Positions 1 through 12,591 of a DNA stretch of 64,000 bases are shown in pieces. Position 1 is the stretch's first letter. The number at the start of each line of letters is the position of its first letter. Below the pieces are notes generated by a model. That model made no database searches, was not told where the DNA came from, and saw only the letters and a list, made by a program, of their open reading frames with translations. Made by a program: the position numbers and the translations under genes. Source of the DNA: the human T2T-CHM13v2.0 reference genome, Homo sapiens; NCBI RefSeq assembly GCF_009914755.1, contig NC_060943.1; one strand, given 5' to 3'.

Positions 1-201
1 GTTCAAGCGATTCTCCTACCTCACCCTCCCAAGTGGCTGGGATTACAGGCGTGTGCCACCACACCCAGCTAATTTTTGTATTTTTGTAGAGACAGGGTTT
101 CACCATGTTGGCCAGGCTGGTCTCGAACTGCTGACCTCGTGATCTACCTGCCTCGGCCTCTCAAAGTCCTGGGATTACAGGTGTGGGCCACTGCGCCGGC
201 C
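1..201 (-). mobile_element. Alu (partial, window edge); full copy at 5262-5574 and in each unit
   Basis: Reverse-complement Alu consensus (GGGATTACAGG, GGCCAGGCTGGTCTCGAAC), ending ...GCGCCGGCC. Confidence 0.95.
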
Positions 202-229
202 ATGTTTCTCGACTTCTGCTGGCAAGCAT

Positions 230-410
230 GTTCCAGTATTTGCATGGCTCCTAGCCCTCATCTCCATTTCTCTGCACAGATGTTATCTTCCCCATGAGGT
301 CTGCCTTATACATGAGGCGTGTATTATAAAGTGCAACTGCCAATTCGCCAACCCCGTTGTTTCTTCTGTCCAGAACACTAGGCACCATCTGATCTCCTAT
401 GCCTTTTCCT
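230..410 (+). mobile_element. Degenerate L2 fragment (continuation of the L2 at the end of the previous unit)
   Basis: CCAGTATTTGCATGGCTCC...TCTCTGCACAGATGTTATCTTCCCCATGAGGTCT...CACCATCTGAT resembles the L2 3' consensus as recalled. Confidence 0.55.
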
Positions 411-435
411 TATTGTCAGATACTGAACTCTCAGA

Positions 436-468
436 TACAGTTCCCCTTCCTCCCTCCAGGGGGCGCCA
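436..468 (+). promoter_or_regulatory. Putative CTCF site (core plus upstream motif), present in all 12 units
   Basis: Core CTCCCTCCAGGGGGCGCCA (450-468) aligns to the CTCF consensus TGGCCACCAGGGGGCGCTA. TACAGTTCC (436-444) lies 5 bp upstream and resembles the ZF9-11 upstream motif. Core starts: 450, 5823, 11196, 16565, 21918, 27272, 32625, 37978, 43336, 48686, 54043, 59418. Confidence 0.7.
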
Positions 469-504
469 TGGAACGCAGGGCCCTCACTGGCCCTGGGGAC
501 TGGG

Positions 505-573
505 TGACGTCAGGGGTGAGCCTCTGGTGATTGGCTCCCTCACCCTGCGTAAGATCAAAGGGCCTAAAGGTCA
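505..573 (+). promoter_or_regulatory. snaR upstream element cluster: CRE TGACGTCA (505-512), inverted CCAAT (ATTGG 530-534), AAAGGTCA (566-573)
   Basis: Exact motif matches in C-type units (unit 10 has AAAGGACA). A-type units have TGACGACA and AAAGGACA; ATTGG is present in all units. Function is inferred from motifs only. Confidence 0.5.
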
Positions 574-595
574 GCCCCGACACCCGGAGCTATTG

Positions 596-665
596 TGGCT
601 CCGGCCGGTTGCGCGGGCCCTCGGACCCTCAGAGAGGCGAGGGTTCGAGGGCACGAGTTCGAGGC
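596..665 (+). promoter_or_regulatory. Internal Pol III type-2 promoter (A-box-like 596-608, B box 657-665), repeated in each snaR
   Basis: TGGCTC(C/A)GGCCGG at +14, and GTTCGAGGC matching GTTCRANNC. Confidence 0.8.
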
Positions 666-695
666 CAACCTGGTCCACATGGGTTGAAAAAAAAA

Positions 696-703
696 TTTTT
701 TTT
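696..703 (+). terminator. Pol III oligo-dT terminator (T7-T9 in every unit)
   Basis: First run of >=4 T downstream of the B box. Confidence 0.85.
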
Positions 704-732
704 ATCGTTCCCAATATAACAACAAAACATAA

Positions 733-1073
<341 letters not shown>

Positions 1074-1083
1074 TCTTCTATTC

Positions 1084-1250
1084 TTTTAGAGACAGCGTCT
1101 CACTCTGTTGCCCAGGCTGGAGTGCATTGATGTGATGTGTGATCATAGCTCATTGCAGCCCTGACCATCCGAGCTCAAGCAATCCTTCTGCCTCAGCCTC
1201 CTGAGTAGCTGGGGCCGCAGATGTGCACCACTGCACCTGGCTAATTTTTA
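1084..1250 (-). mobile_element. AluJ-like right monomer (each unit)
   Basis: GATCATAGCTCATTGCAGCC and GCTCAAGCAATCC are AluJ-type diagnostics; ends at GGCTAATTTTT. Confidence 0.8.
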
Positions 1251-1698
1251 ACATTTTTTGTGGAGCCAGAGTCTGTATAAAATAAAGTGTAAATAGTACC
1301 ATAAATAAAGAATACATAGTACCATTTTATAGTAGTATAAAACGGACATTAGAAACTCTGGACTTAAAGTTTAAAAAAATACACAAAAGTAGTTCTCAAG
1401 TTCTAGAGACTTGGAGAATCCAGGAATCAACAATGTCGTGGAACTCCTACAGCCTTTCATAAAGAATGGCCCTCGAGGAAAGTGGAATTGTCAGTGGGCA
1501 TTGTGTTCGTGCCTCAGCTAAACACGGCAGGAATTTATTTATAACCTAGTGTAACATCCTCGAGGCACTGTTCAATTAGTCAAGCAATTGTAAAATTCTC
1601 CCAGTCTTAGAAAAGATACAGGTGTGTGTCCCTCTGCTGTGGCTGTGCACTGACGCTTCAGTAAAAGTTACCGTCTAAAACCACCGGCCTGCCCTTGA

Positions 1699-2023
<325 letters not shown>

Positions 2024-2324
2024 CTTGAATTAGTTTCTAGGAGAAGCCAAGAACCCCCCCGGGCTAAGCCTCAATTTTGGGGCTCGCCTGTGCTGCATCA
2101 GCTTCACACCTAGAGAAGAGAGTGAAAGAGAAGGGAGAGCCGTCCTTTTGGGCTGCCTTGAAATAAAGGTTGACCCATGGGTTCATGTATTGTCATTCAT
2201 TCTCATTTTCTCTTCCTCTCTTTCTCTCTCTCCCCTGCCCCTTAAGTTAGCTTTTCTACACCCTACCTGGATAAGGATAAGAAATAGAAGGAGGGGACAC
2301 TTTAGGATGCTACAAAATAAAATA

Positions 2325-2372
2325 CAACAACAACAACAATAACAGCAGCAGCAACAACAACAACAGCAACAA
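2325..2372 (+). repeat. Compound CAA/CAG trinucleotide repeat (each unit)
   Basis: (CAA)5 TAA (CAG)3 (CAA)4 CAG (CAA)2; the first run is (CAA)4 in units 9 and 10. Confidence 0.95.
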
Positions 2373-2534
2373 AAGGGGAAGAAACAAATCTGGCCACTGC
2401 ACATTCCTCCTTGCCAACAAAAAGCCGCGGATGCAAAAAGCTGCCCTTCACTGCATAGACAGAAGAGGGCGCGCTCGAGCTATGAATCTCGGAAATTACT
2501 CAAACCATCAGCCTCTGCAAGAAGCAAAGTGGAC

Positions 2535-2668
2535 GGCCGGGCGCGGTGGCTCACTCCTGGAATCCCAGCACTTTGGGAGCCCGAGGTGGGCGGATCACGA
2601 GGTCAGGAGATCGAGACTGTTCTGGCTAAACCAGTGAAACCCCCTCTCTACTAAAAAAATAAGAAAAG
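2535..2668 (+). mobile_element. AluY-like left monomer only (each unit)
   Basis: GGCCGGGCGCGGTGGCTCA...GATCACGAGGTCAGGAGATCGAGAC...CTACTAAAAAAATA, with no right monomer following. Confidence 0.88.
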
Positions 2669-2979
2669 CGAAGTGCATCTCCCATAAACGAGGTACTGCA
2701 GGAAGAAAGCAGAAAATGAGACCCGAGTACACACATGCACGCGGGCGCGCGCACACACACACCAGAAGAAATGAACCAAGAGGAAAGGAAACATTTTCAA
2801 ATAAGCATTTGGAGATGGGAAAAACACCTTGAAACAGAAATTCATAAAGCACAGAATTTTTTTTTAAGTTAAAAAAGGAACAATAATAGACAGAAAATGA
2901 ACGAAAAATTAAATGTCATATCAGAAGTGAAGATAAATTAAAAGTGGTCAAAGGAGAAGAGATCTAAATGCAAACTTAA

Positions 2980-3159
<180 letters not shown>

Positions 3160-3164
3160 TAGAG

Positions 3165-4480
3165 TCATCATGGAAATTAAACAACCTGCTTCCAAATGAC
3201 TTTTGGGTAAAGACTGAATTTAAGGCAGAAATAAAAAAATTATTTGAAACTAATGAAAACAAACATACAACATCCCAGAATCTCTGGGACACAGCTAGAA
3301 CAGTGCTCAAAGGAAGTTTCTAGTGCTATATGGCTACACTAAGAAGCTAGAAAGATCTCAAATGAACCGCCTAACATCACACCTAGAGGAATTAGAAAAA
3401 CAAGAGCAAATCAACCCCAAAGCTAGCAGAAGAAAAAAAAAAACCAACATCGGAGCTGACCTGAATGAAATGGAGACGTAAAAAACCATACAAAAGATCA
3501 ATGAAACCCAAAGTTGATTTTTTAAAAAAATTATTTATTTATTATTTATTCCATAAATTATTGGGGTACAGGTGGTGTGTGGTTACATAAGCTCTTTAGT
3601 GGTGATTTGTGATTTTGGTGCACCCATCACCTGAGCAGTATACACTACACCCTACTTGTTGTATTTTATCCCTCGCCCCCGCCAACTCGTCCCCCTAAGT
3701 CCCCAAAGTCCATTGTATCATTCTTACGCCTTTGCGTCCTCATAGCTTAGCTCCCACATATCAGTGAGAACATACGATGTTTGGTTTTCCATTCCTGAGT
3801 TACTTCACTTAGAATAACAGTCTCCGGTCTCATCCAGGTCACGGCAAATGCTGTTAATTCATACAAAGTTGATATTTTTGAAAGCATAAATAACATGGGA
3901 AGACCACTAGCTAGATTAATAAAGAAAAAAAGACAAGATCCAAATAAACACAATCAGAAATGACAAAGGTGACATTACCACTGACCCACAGATATACAAG
4001 AAACCCTGAGACTATTCCACATGCCTCTATGCACACAAACTAGAAAACTAGAAGAAATAGAGAAATTCCTGGAAACATAAAACCTCTCAAGATTGAACCA
4101 GGAAGAAATGGAAACCCTGAACAAACCAACGATGAGTTCCAAAATTGAGTTAGTCATACAAAACCTACCAACCAGCACAAAAAACCTTAGACTAGACGGA
4201 TTCACAGTCGAATCCTACCAGATGTGTAAAGAAAAGCCGGCACCAATCCTACTGAAATTATTCCACACAATTGAGGAGGAGCAACTGCTCTCTAACTCAT
4301 TCTATGAGGTCAGAGTCATTCTGATACCGAAACCTGGCAGAGACACAACGAAAAAAGGAAAATAGGTAAAGTAATACATATGTTAATGATCTTGATTTAG
4401 CCATTCTACGGTATATACATATTTCAAAACAATATGTACATGATAAATATGTACAATTTGTCAATTAAAAATATATAAAA
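3165..4480 (+). mobile_element. Old L1 remnant: ORF2 fragment (3165-3518, 3864-4362) joined to an L1MA-like 3' end (4363-4480); each unit
   Basis: TGGAAATTAAACAACCTGC...CAGAATCTCTGGGACACAGC corresponds to WKLNNLL...QNLWDT. ORF 4093-4365 contains [11 protein letters not shown]...NSFYE...[12 protein letters not shown], which is L1 ORF2p. The 3' end TATGTTAAT...TTGATTTAGCCATTC...TTTGTCAATTAAAAA follows. Frameshifts and stops are present. Confidence 0.9.
3519..3863 (-). mobile_element. 5'-truncated L1PB-like 3' end nested antisense in the L1 above; TSD CAAAGTTGAT
   Basis: TSD at 3509-3518 and 3864-3873. The minus-strand ORF has the L1 C-terminal motif ...ILSEVTQEWKTKHRMFSLICGS*. TTTGGTGCACCCATCACC-GAGCAGT is typical of L1PB 3' UTRs. 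Confidence 0.85.
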
Positions 4481-4561
4481 GGAATAGGAAAAAATTCAAA
4501 TGGCACAGAATTTGAAAGGAGAAGATACAGAACAAACTCCGGTGTCTTCTTTATTCAACTA

Positions 4562-4882
<321 letters not shown>

Positions 4883-4899
4883 TTAATGAATGAATGATG

Positions 4900-5040
4900 A
4901 GACTGTTGGTTACATCTCCCACCTTCTCCCTCTCACTCCACTGCAGCCACACGGGGCTCCTCACTGTTCCCGTAGCAGCAGGCATGTGCCCCCACTGGGC
5001 CTCTGTACTGGCTGTTCCCACTGCCCGAACACCCTCATGC
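4900..5040 (+). mobile_element. L2 fragment (each unit)
   Basis: CTCACTCCACTGCAGCCACAC...CTGTTCC...GGGCCTCTGTACTGGCTGTTCCCACTGCC resembles the L2 consensus. Confidence 0.7.
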
Positions 5041-5045
5041 ACCAT

Positions 5046-5261
5046 CTGCACTGTCCAATACGGCCGCCTCTGGCCACACATGGCTACTGAGCAGTTGAAC
5101 ATGGCTGGTCCAAACCAACATTTCCAAGACGTCGTATGGTAAAAAATAACATAAAATCTTGCAAAAATGTTTCTATTGATTATGTTAAAATTATGATGTT
5201 TTAGGTATATTAGGTTAAATCAGCTATTTTATCAAAATGAATCTCGCCTGTTTGTTTTTGC
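5046..5261. mobile_element. MER33-like (hAT-Charlie) non-autonomous DNA transposon fragment (each complete unit)
   Basis: CACTGTCCAATA...GCCACACATGGCTACTGAGCA end, plus internal TATTGATTA...TATATTAGGTTAAAT...CCTGTTT match the recalled MER33 consensus. Confidence 0.7.
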
Positions 5262-5574
5262 TTTTTTTTTTTTTTTTTTTTTTTTTTTGAGATGGAGGCT
5301 CGCTCTGTCGCCCAGGCTAGAGTACAATGGCGTGGTCTCGGCTCACTGCATCACTGCAACCTCTACCTCCCAGGTTCAAGCGATTCTCCTACCTCACCCT
5401 CCCAAGTGGCTGGGATTACAGGCGTGTGCCACCACACCCAGCTAATTTTTGTATTTTTGTAGAGACAGGGTTTCACCATGTTGGCCAGGCTGGTCTCGAA
5501 CTGCTGACCTCGTGATCTACCTGCCTCGGCCTCCCAAAGTCCTGGGATTACAGGTGTGGGCCACTGCGCCGGCC
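5262..5574 (-). mobile_element. Full-length AluS-type element with an internal 8-bp duplication (TCACTGCA x2); each complete unit
   Basis: Poly-T of variable length between units followed by a complete Alu reverse complement. Confidence 0.95.
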
Positions 5575-5955
5575 ATGTTTCTCGACTTCTGCTGGCAAGC
5601 ATGTTCCAGTATTTGCATGGCTCCTAGCCCTCATCTCCATTTCTCTGCACAGATGTTATCTTCCCCATGAGGTCTGCCTTATACATGAGGCGTGTATTAT
5701 AAAGTGCAACTGCCAATTCGCCAACCCCGTTGTTTCTTCTGTCCAGAACACTAGGCACCATCTGATCTCCTATGCCTTTTCCTTATTGTCAGATACTGAA
5801 CTCTCAGATACAGTTCCCCTTCCTCCCTCCAGGGGGCGCCATGGAACGCAGGGCCCTCACTGGCCCTGGGGACTGGGTGACGTCAGGGGTGAGCCTCTGG
5901 TGATTGGCTCCCTCACCCTGCGTAAGATCAAAGGGCCTAAAGGTCAGCCCCGACA

Positions 5956-6076
5956 CCCGGAGCTATTGTGGCTCCGGCCGGTTGCGCGGGCCCTCGGACC
6001 CTCAGAGAGGCGAGGGTTCGAGGGCACGAGTTCGAGGCCAACCTGGTCCACATGGGTTGAAAAAAAAATTTTTTTT
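5956..6076 (+). ncRNA. SNAR-C: snaR-C-type gene (unit 2)
   Basis: Identical to the unit 1 copy; T8 at 6069-6076. Confidence 0.88.
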
Positions 6077-6105
6077 ATCGTTCCCAATATAACAACAAAA
6101 CATAA

Positions 6106-6350
<245 letters not shown>

Positions 6351-7071
6351 TGACCAGGCTGGTCTTGAACACCTGGCCTCAAATGATCCACTCGCCTTGG
6401 TCTCCCAAAGTGGTAGGATGACAGGCGTGAGCCACCGCGCCCAGCCTCTTCTATTCTTTTAGAGACAGCGTCTCACTCTGTTGCCCAGGCTGGAGTGCAT
6501 TGATGTGATGTGTGATCATAGCTCATTGCAGCCCTGACCATCCGAGCTCAAGCAATCCTTCTGCCTCAGCCTCCTGAGTAGCTGGGGCCGCAGATGTGCA
6601 CCACTGCACCTGGCTAATTTTTAACATTTTTTGTGGAGCCAGAGTCTGTATAAAATAAAGTGTAAATAGTACCATAAATAAAGAATACATAGTACCATTT
6701 TATAGTAGTATAAAACGGACATTAGAAACTCTGGACTTAAAGTTTAAAAAAATACACAAAAGTAGTTCTCAAGTTCTAGAGACTTGGAGAATCCAGGAAT
6801 CAACAATGTCGTGGAACTCCTACAGCCTTTCATAAAGAATGGCCCTCGAGGAAAGTGGAATTGTCAGTGGGCATTGTGTTCGTGCCTCAGCTAAACACGG
6901 CAGGAATTTATTTATAACCTAGTGTAACATCCTCGAGGCACTGTTCAATTAGTCAAGCAATTGTAAAATTCTCCCAGTCTTAGAAAAGATACAGGTGTGT
7001 GTCCCTCTGCTGTGGCTGTGCACTGACGCTTCAGTAAAAGTTACCGTCTAAAACCACCGGCCTGCCCTTGA

Positions 7072-7218
<147 letters not shown>

Positions 7219-8352
7219 TGAACAGCTGGGATTACAGGCACCCGTCCCCATGCCCGGGTAATTTTTGTATATTTAGTAGAGATGGGGTTTTCAGCATGTT
7301 GGCCAGGCTGGTCTCGAACTCCTTACCTCAAGTGATCCATCCGCCTCAGCCTCCCAAAGTGCTGGGATTACAGGCGTGAGCCACTGCGCCCGGCTTCTTG
7401 AATTAGTTTCTAGGAGAAGCCAAGAACCCCCCCGGGCTAAGCCTCAATTTTGGGGCTCGCCTGTGCTGCATCAGCTTCACACCTAGAGAAGAGAGTGAAA
7501 GAGAAGGGAGAGCCGTCCTTTTGGGCTGCCTTGAAATAAAGGTTGACCCATGGGTTCATGTATTGTCATTCATTCTCATTTTCTCTTCCTCTCTTTCTCT
7601 CTCTCCCCTGCCCCTTAAGTTAGCTTTTCTAAACCCTACCTGGATAAGGATAAGAAATAGAAGGAGGGGACACTTTAGGATGCTACAAAATAAAATACAA
7701 CAACAACAACAATAACAGCAGCAGCAACAACAACAACAGCAACAAAAGGGGAAGAAACAAATCTGGCCACTGCACATTCCTCCTTGCCAACAAAAAGCCG
7801 CGGATGCAAAAAGCTGCCCTTCACTGCATAGACAGAAGAGGGCGCGCTCGAGCTATGAATCTCGGAAATTACTCAAACCATCAGCCTCTGCAAGAAGCAA
7901 AGTGGACGGCCGGGCGCGGTGGCTCACTCCTGGAATCCCAGCACTTTGGGAGCCCGAGGTGGGCGGATCACGAGGTCAGGAGATCGAGACTGTTCTGGCT
8001 AAACCAGTGAAACCCCCTCTCTACTAAAAAAATAAGAAAAGCGAAGTGCATCTCCCATAAACGAGGTACTGCAGGAAGAAAGCAGAAAATGAGACCCGAG
8101 TACACACATGCACGCGGGCGCGCGCACACACACACCAGAAGAAATGAACCAAGAGGAAAGGAAACATTTTCAAATAAGCATTTGGAGATGGGAAAAACAC
8201 CTTGAAACAGAAATTCATAAAGCACAGAATTTTTTTTTAAGTTAAAAAAGGAACAATAATAGACAGAAAATGAACGAAAAATTAAATGTCATATCAGAAG
8301 TGAAGATAAATTAAAAGTGGTCAAAGGAGAAGAGATCTAAATGCAAACTTAA

Positions 8353-8532
<180 letters not shown>

Positions 8533-9934
8533 TAGAGTCATCATGGAAATTAAACAACCTGCTTCCAAATGACTTTTGGGTAAAGACTGAATTTAAGGCA
8601 GAAATAAAAAAATTATTTGAAACTAATGAAAACAAACATACAACATCCCAGAATCTCTGGGACACAGCTAGAACAGTGCTCAAAGGAAGTTTCTAGTGCT
8701 ATATGGCTACACTAAGAAGCTAGAAAGATCTCAAATGAACCGCCTAACATCACACCTAGAGGAATTAGAAAAACAAGAGCAAATCAACCCCAAAGCTAGC
8801 AGAAGAAAAAAAAAAACCAACATCGGAGCTGACCTGAATGAAATGGAGACGTAAAAAACCATACAAAAGATCAATGAAACCCAAAGTTGATTTTTTAAAA
8901 AAATTATTTATTTATTATTTATTCCATAAATTATTGGGGTACAGGTGGTGTGTGGTTACATAAGCTCTTTAGTGGTGATTTGTGATTTTGGTGCACCCAT
9001 CACCTGAGCAGTATACACTACACCCTACTTGTTGTATTTTATCCCTCGCCCCCGCCAACTCGTCCCCCTAAGTCCCCAAAGTCCATTGTATCATTCTTAC
9101 GCCTTTGCGTCCTCATAGCTTAGCTCCCACATATCAGTGAGAACATACGATGTTTGGTTTTCCATTCCTGAGTTACTTCACTTAGAATAACAGTCTCCGG
9201 TCTCATCCAGGTCACGGCAAATGCTGTTAATTCATACAAAGTTGATATTTTTGAAAGCATAAATAACATGGGAAGACCACTAGCTAGATTAATAAAGAAA
9301 AAAAGACAAGATCCAAATAAACACAATCAGAAATGACAAAGGTGACATTACCACTGACCCACAGATATACAAGAAACCCTGAGACTATTCCACATGCCTC
9401 TATGCACACAAACTAGAAAACTAGAAGAAATAGAGAAATTCCTGGAAACATAAAACCTCTCAAGATTGAACCAGGAAGAAATGGAAACCCTGAACAAACC
9501 AACGATGAGTTCCAAAATTGAGTTAGTCATACAAAACCTACCAACCAGCACAAAAAACCTTAGACTAGACGGATTCACAGTCGAATCCTACCAGATGTGT
9601 AAAGAAAAGCCGGCACCAATCCTACTGAAATTATTCCACACAATTGAGGAGGAGCAACTGCTCTCTAACTCATTCTATGAGGTCAGAGTCATTCTGATAC
9701 CGAAACCTGGCAGAGACACAACGAAAAAAGGAAAATAGGTAAAGTAATACATATGTTAATGATCTTGATTTAGCCATTCTACGGTATATACATATTTCAA
9801 AACAATATGTACATGATAAATATGTACAATTTGTCAATTAAAAATATATAAAAGGAATAGGAAAAAATTCAAATGGCACAGAATTTGAAAGGAGAAGATA
9901 CAGAACAAACTCCGGTGTCTTCTTTATTCAACTA

Positions 9935-10255
<321 letters not shown>

Positions 10256-11328
10256 TTAATGAATGAATGATGAGACTGTTGGTTACATCTCCCACCTTCT
10301 CCCTCTCACTCCACTGCAGCCACACGGGGCTCCTCACTGTTCCCGTAGCAGCAGGCATGTGCCCCCACTGGGCCTCTGTACTGGCTGTTCCCACTGCCCG
10401 AACACCCTCATGCACCATCTGCACTGTCCAATACGGCCGCCTCTGGCCACACATGGCTACTGAGCAGTTGAACATGGCTGGTCCAAACCAACATTTCCAA
10501 GACGTCGTATGGTAAAAAATAACATAAAATCTTGCAAAAATGTTTCTATTGATTATGTTAAAATTATGATGTTTTAGGTATATTAGGTTAAATCAGCTAT
10601 TTTATCCAAATGAATCTCGCCTGTTTGTTTTTGCTTTTTTTTTTTTTTTTTTTTTTTTTTTGAGATGGAGGCTCGCTCTGTCGCCCAGGCTAGAGTACAA
10701 TGGCGTGGTCTCGGCTCACTGCATCACTGCAACCTCTACCTCCCAGGTTCAAGCGATTCTCCTACCTCACCCTCCCAAGTGGCTGGGATTACAGGCGTGT
10801 GCCACCACACCCAGCTAATTTTTGTATTTTTGTAGAGACAGGGTTTCACCATGTTGGCCAGGCTGGTCTCGAACTGCTGACCTCGTGATCTACCTGCCTC
10901 GGCCTCCCAAAGTCCTGGGATTACAGGTGTGGGCCACTGCGCCGGCCATGTTTCTCGACTTCTGCTGGCAAGCATGTTCCAGTATTTGCATGGCTCCTAG
11001 CCCTCATCTCCATTTCTCTGCACAGATGTTATCTTCCCCATGAGGTCTGCCTTATACATGAGGCGTGTATTATAAAGTGCAACTGCCAATTCGCCAACCC
11101 CGTTGTTTCTTCTGTCCAGAACACTAGGCACCATCTGATCTCCTATGCCTTTTCCTTATTGTCAGATACTGAACTCTCAGATACAGTTCCCCTTCCTCCC
11201 TCCAGGGGGCGCCATGGAACGCAGGGCCCTCACTGGCCCTGGGGACTGGGTGACGTCAGGGGTGAGCCTCTGGTGATTGGCTCCCTCACCCTGCGTAAGA
11301 TCAAAGGGCCTAAAGGTCAGCCCCGACA

Positions 11329-11449
11329 CCCGGAGCTATTGTGGCTCCGGCCGGTTGCGCGGGCCCTCGGACCCTCAGAGAGGCGAGGGTTCGAGGGCAC
11401 GAGTTCGAGGCCAACCTGGTCCACATGGGTTGAAAAAAAAATTTTTTTT
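11329..11449 (+). ncRNA. SNAR-C: snaR-C-type gene (unit 3)
   Basis: Identical to the unit 1 copy; T8 at 11442-11449. Confidence 0.88.
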
Positions 11450-11478
11450 ATCGTTCCCAATATAACAACAAAACATAA

Positions 11479-11723
<245 letters not shown>

Positions 11724-12444
11724 TGACCAGGCTGGTCTTGAACACCTGGCCTCAAATGATCCACTCGCCTTGGTCTCCCAAAGTGGTAGGATGACAGGCG
11801 TGAGCCACCGCGCCCAGCCTCTTCTATTCTTTTAGAGACAGCGTCTCACTCTGTTGCCCAGGCTGGAGTGCATTGATGTGATGTGTGATCATAGCTCATT
11901 GCAGCCCTGACCATCCGAGCTCAAGCAATCCTTCTGCCTCAGCCTCCTGAGTAGCTGGGGCCGCAGATGTGCACCACTGCACCTGGCTAATTTTTAACAT
12001 TTTTTGTGGAGCCAGAGTCTGTATAAAATAAAGTGTAAATAGTACCATAAATAAAGAATACATAGTACCATTTTATAGTAGTATAAAACGGACATTAGAA
12101 ACTCTGGACTTAAAGTTTAAAAAAATACACAAAAGTAGTTCTCAAGTTCTAGAGACTTGGAGAATCCAGGAATCAACAATGTCGTGGAACTCCTACAGCC
12201 TTTCATAAAGAATGGCCCTCGAGGAAAGTGGAATTGTCAGTGGGCATTGTGTTCGTGCCTCAGCTAAACACGGCAGGAATTTATTTATAACCTAGTGTAA
12301 CATCCTCGAGGCACTGTTCAATTAGTCAAGCAATTGTAAAATTCTCCCAGTCTTAGAAAAGATACAGGTGTGTGTCCCTCTGCTGTGGCTGTGCACTGAC
12401 GCTTCAGTAAAAGTTACCGTCTAAAACCACCGGCCTGCCCTTGA

Positions 12445-12591
<147 letters not shown>

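Larger units (their letters stand above)
583..703 (+). ncRNA. SNAR-C: snaR-C-type Pol III small ncRNA gene (unit 1; C>T variant at +9)
   Basis: CCCGGAGCTATTGTGGCTCCGGCCGGTTGCGCGGGCCCTCGGACCCTCAGAGAGGCGAGGGTTCGAGGGCACGAGTTCGAGGCCAACCTGGTCCACATGGGTTG-A9-T8. Recognised as snaR family; B box GTTCGAGGC at 657-665; oligo-T terminator 696-703. Confidence 0.88.

Noticed and set aside
322-330. TATAAA as a type-3 Pol III or Pol II TATA box
   Set aside because: About 255 bp upstream of the snaR start, inside L2-like sequence; there is no TATA at -30 and no recognisable PSE.
643-651. Second B box in C-type genes (GTTCGAGGG)
   Set aside because: Lacks the final C of GTTCRANNC and is absent in A types (GTTCCAGGG); better explained as the stem partner of CCCTCGGAC.
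583-703. tRNA, 5S, 7SL or vault RNA identity for the small gene
   Set aside because: It has A/B boxes but no cloverleaf or matching sequence; it matches the snaR family.
1270-1380. AT-rich stretch with ATAGTACCAT repeated twice and AATAAA motifs
   Set aside because: Probably a decayed old repeat or local duplication; there is no upstream Pol II gene to support a polyadenylation site.
2148-2404. PolyQ / polyC ORFs at the CAA/CAG repeat
   Set aside because: An in-frame TAA interrupts the Gln run, starts are non-ATG or short, and there is no exon context; this is simple-repeat translation.
4093-4365. 90-aa L1 ORF2-like ORF as a CDS
   Set aside because: It is a fragment of a decayed, interrupted, internally deleted L1 and is not functional.
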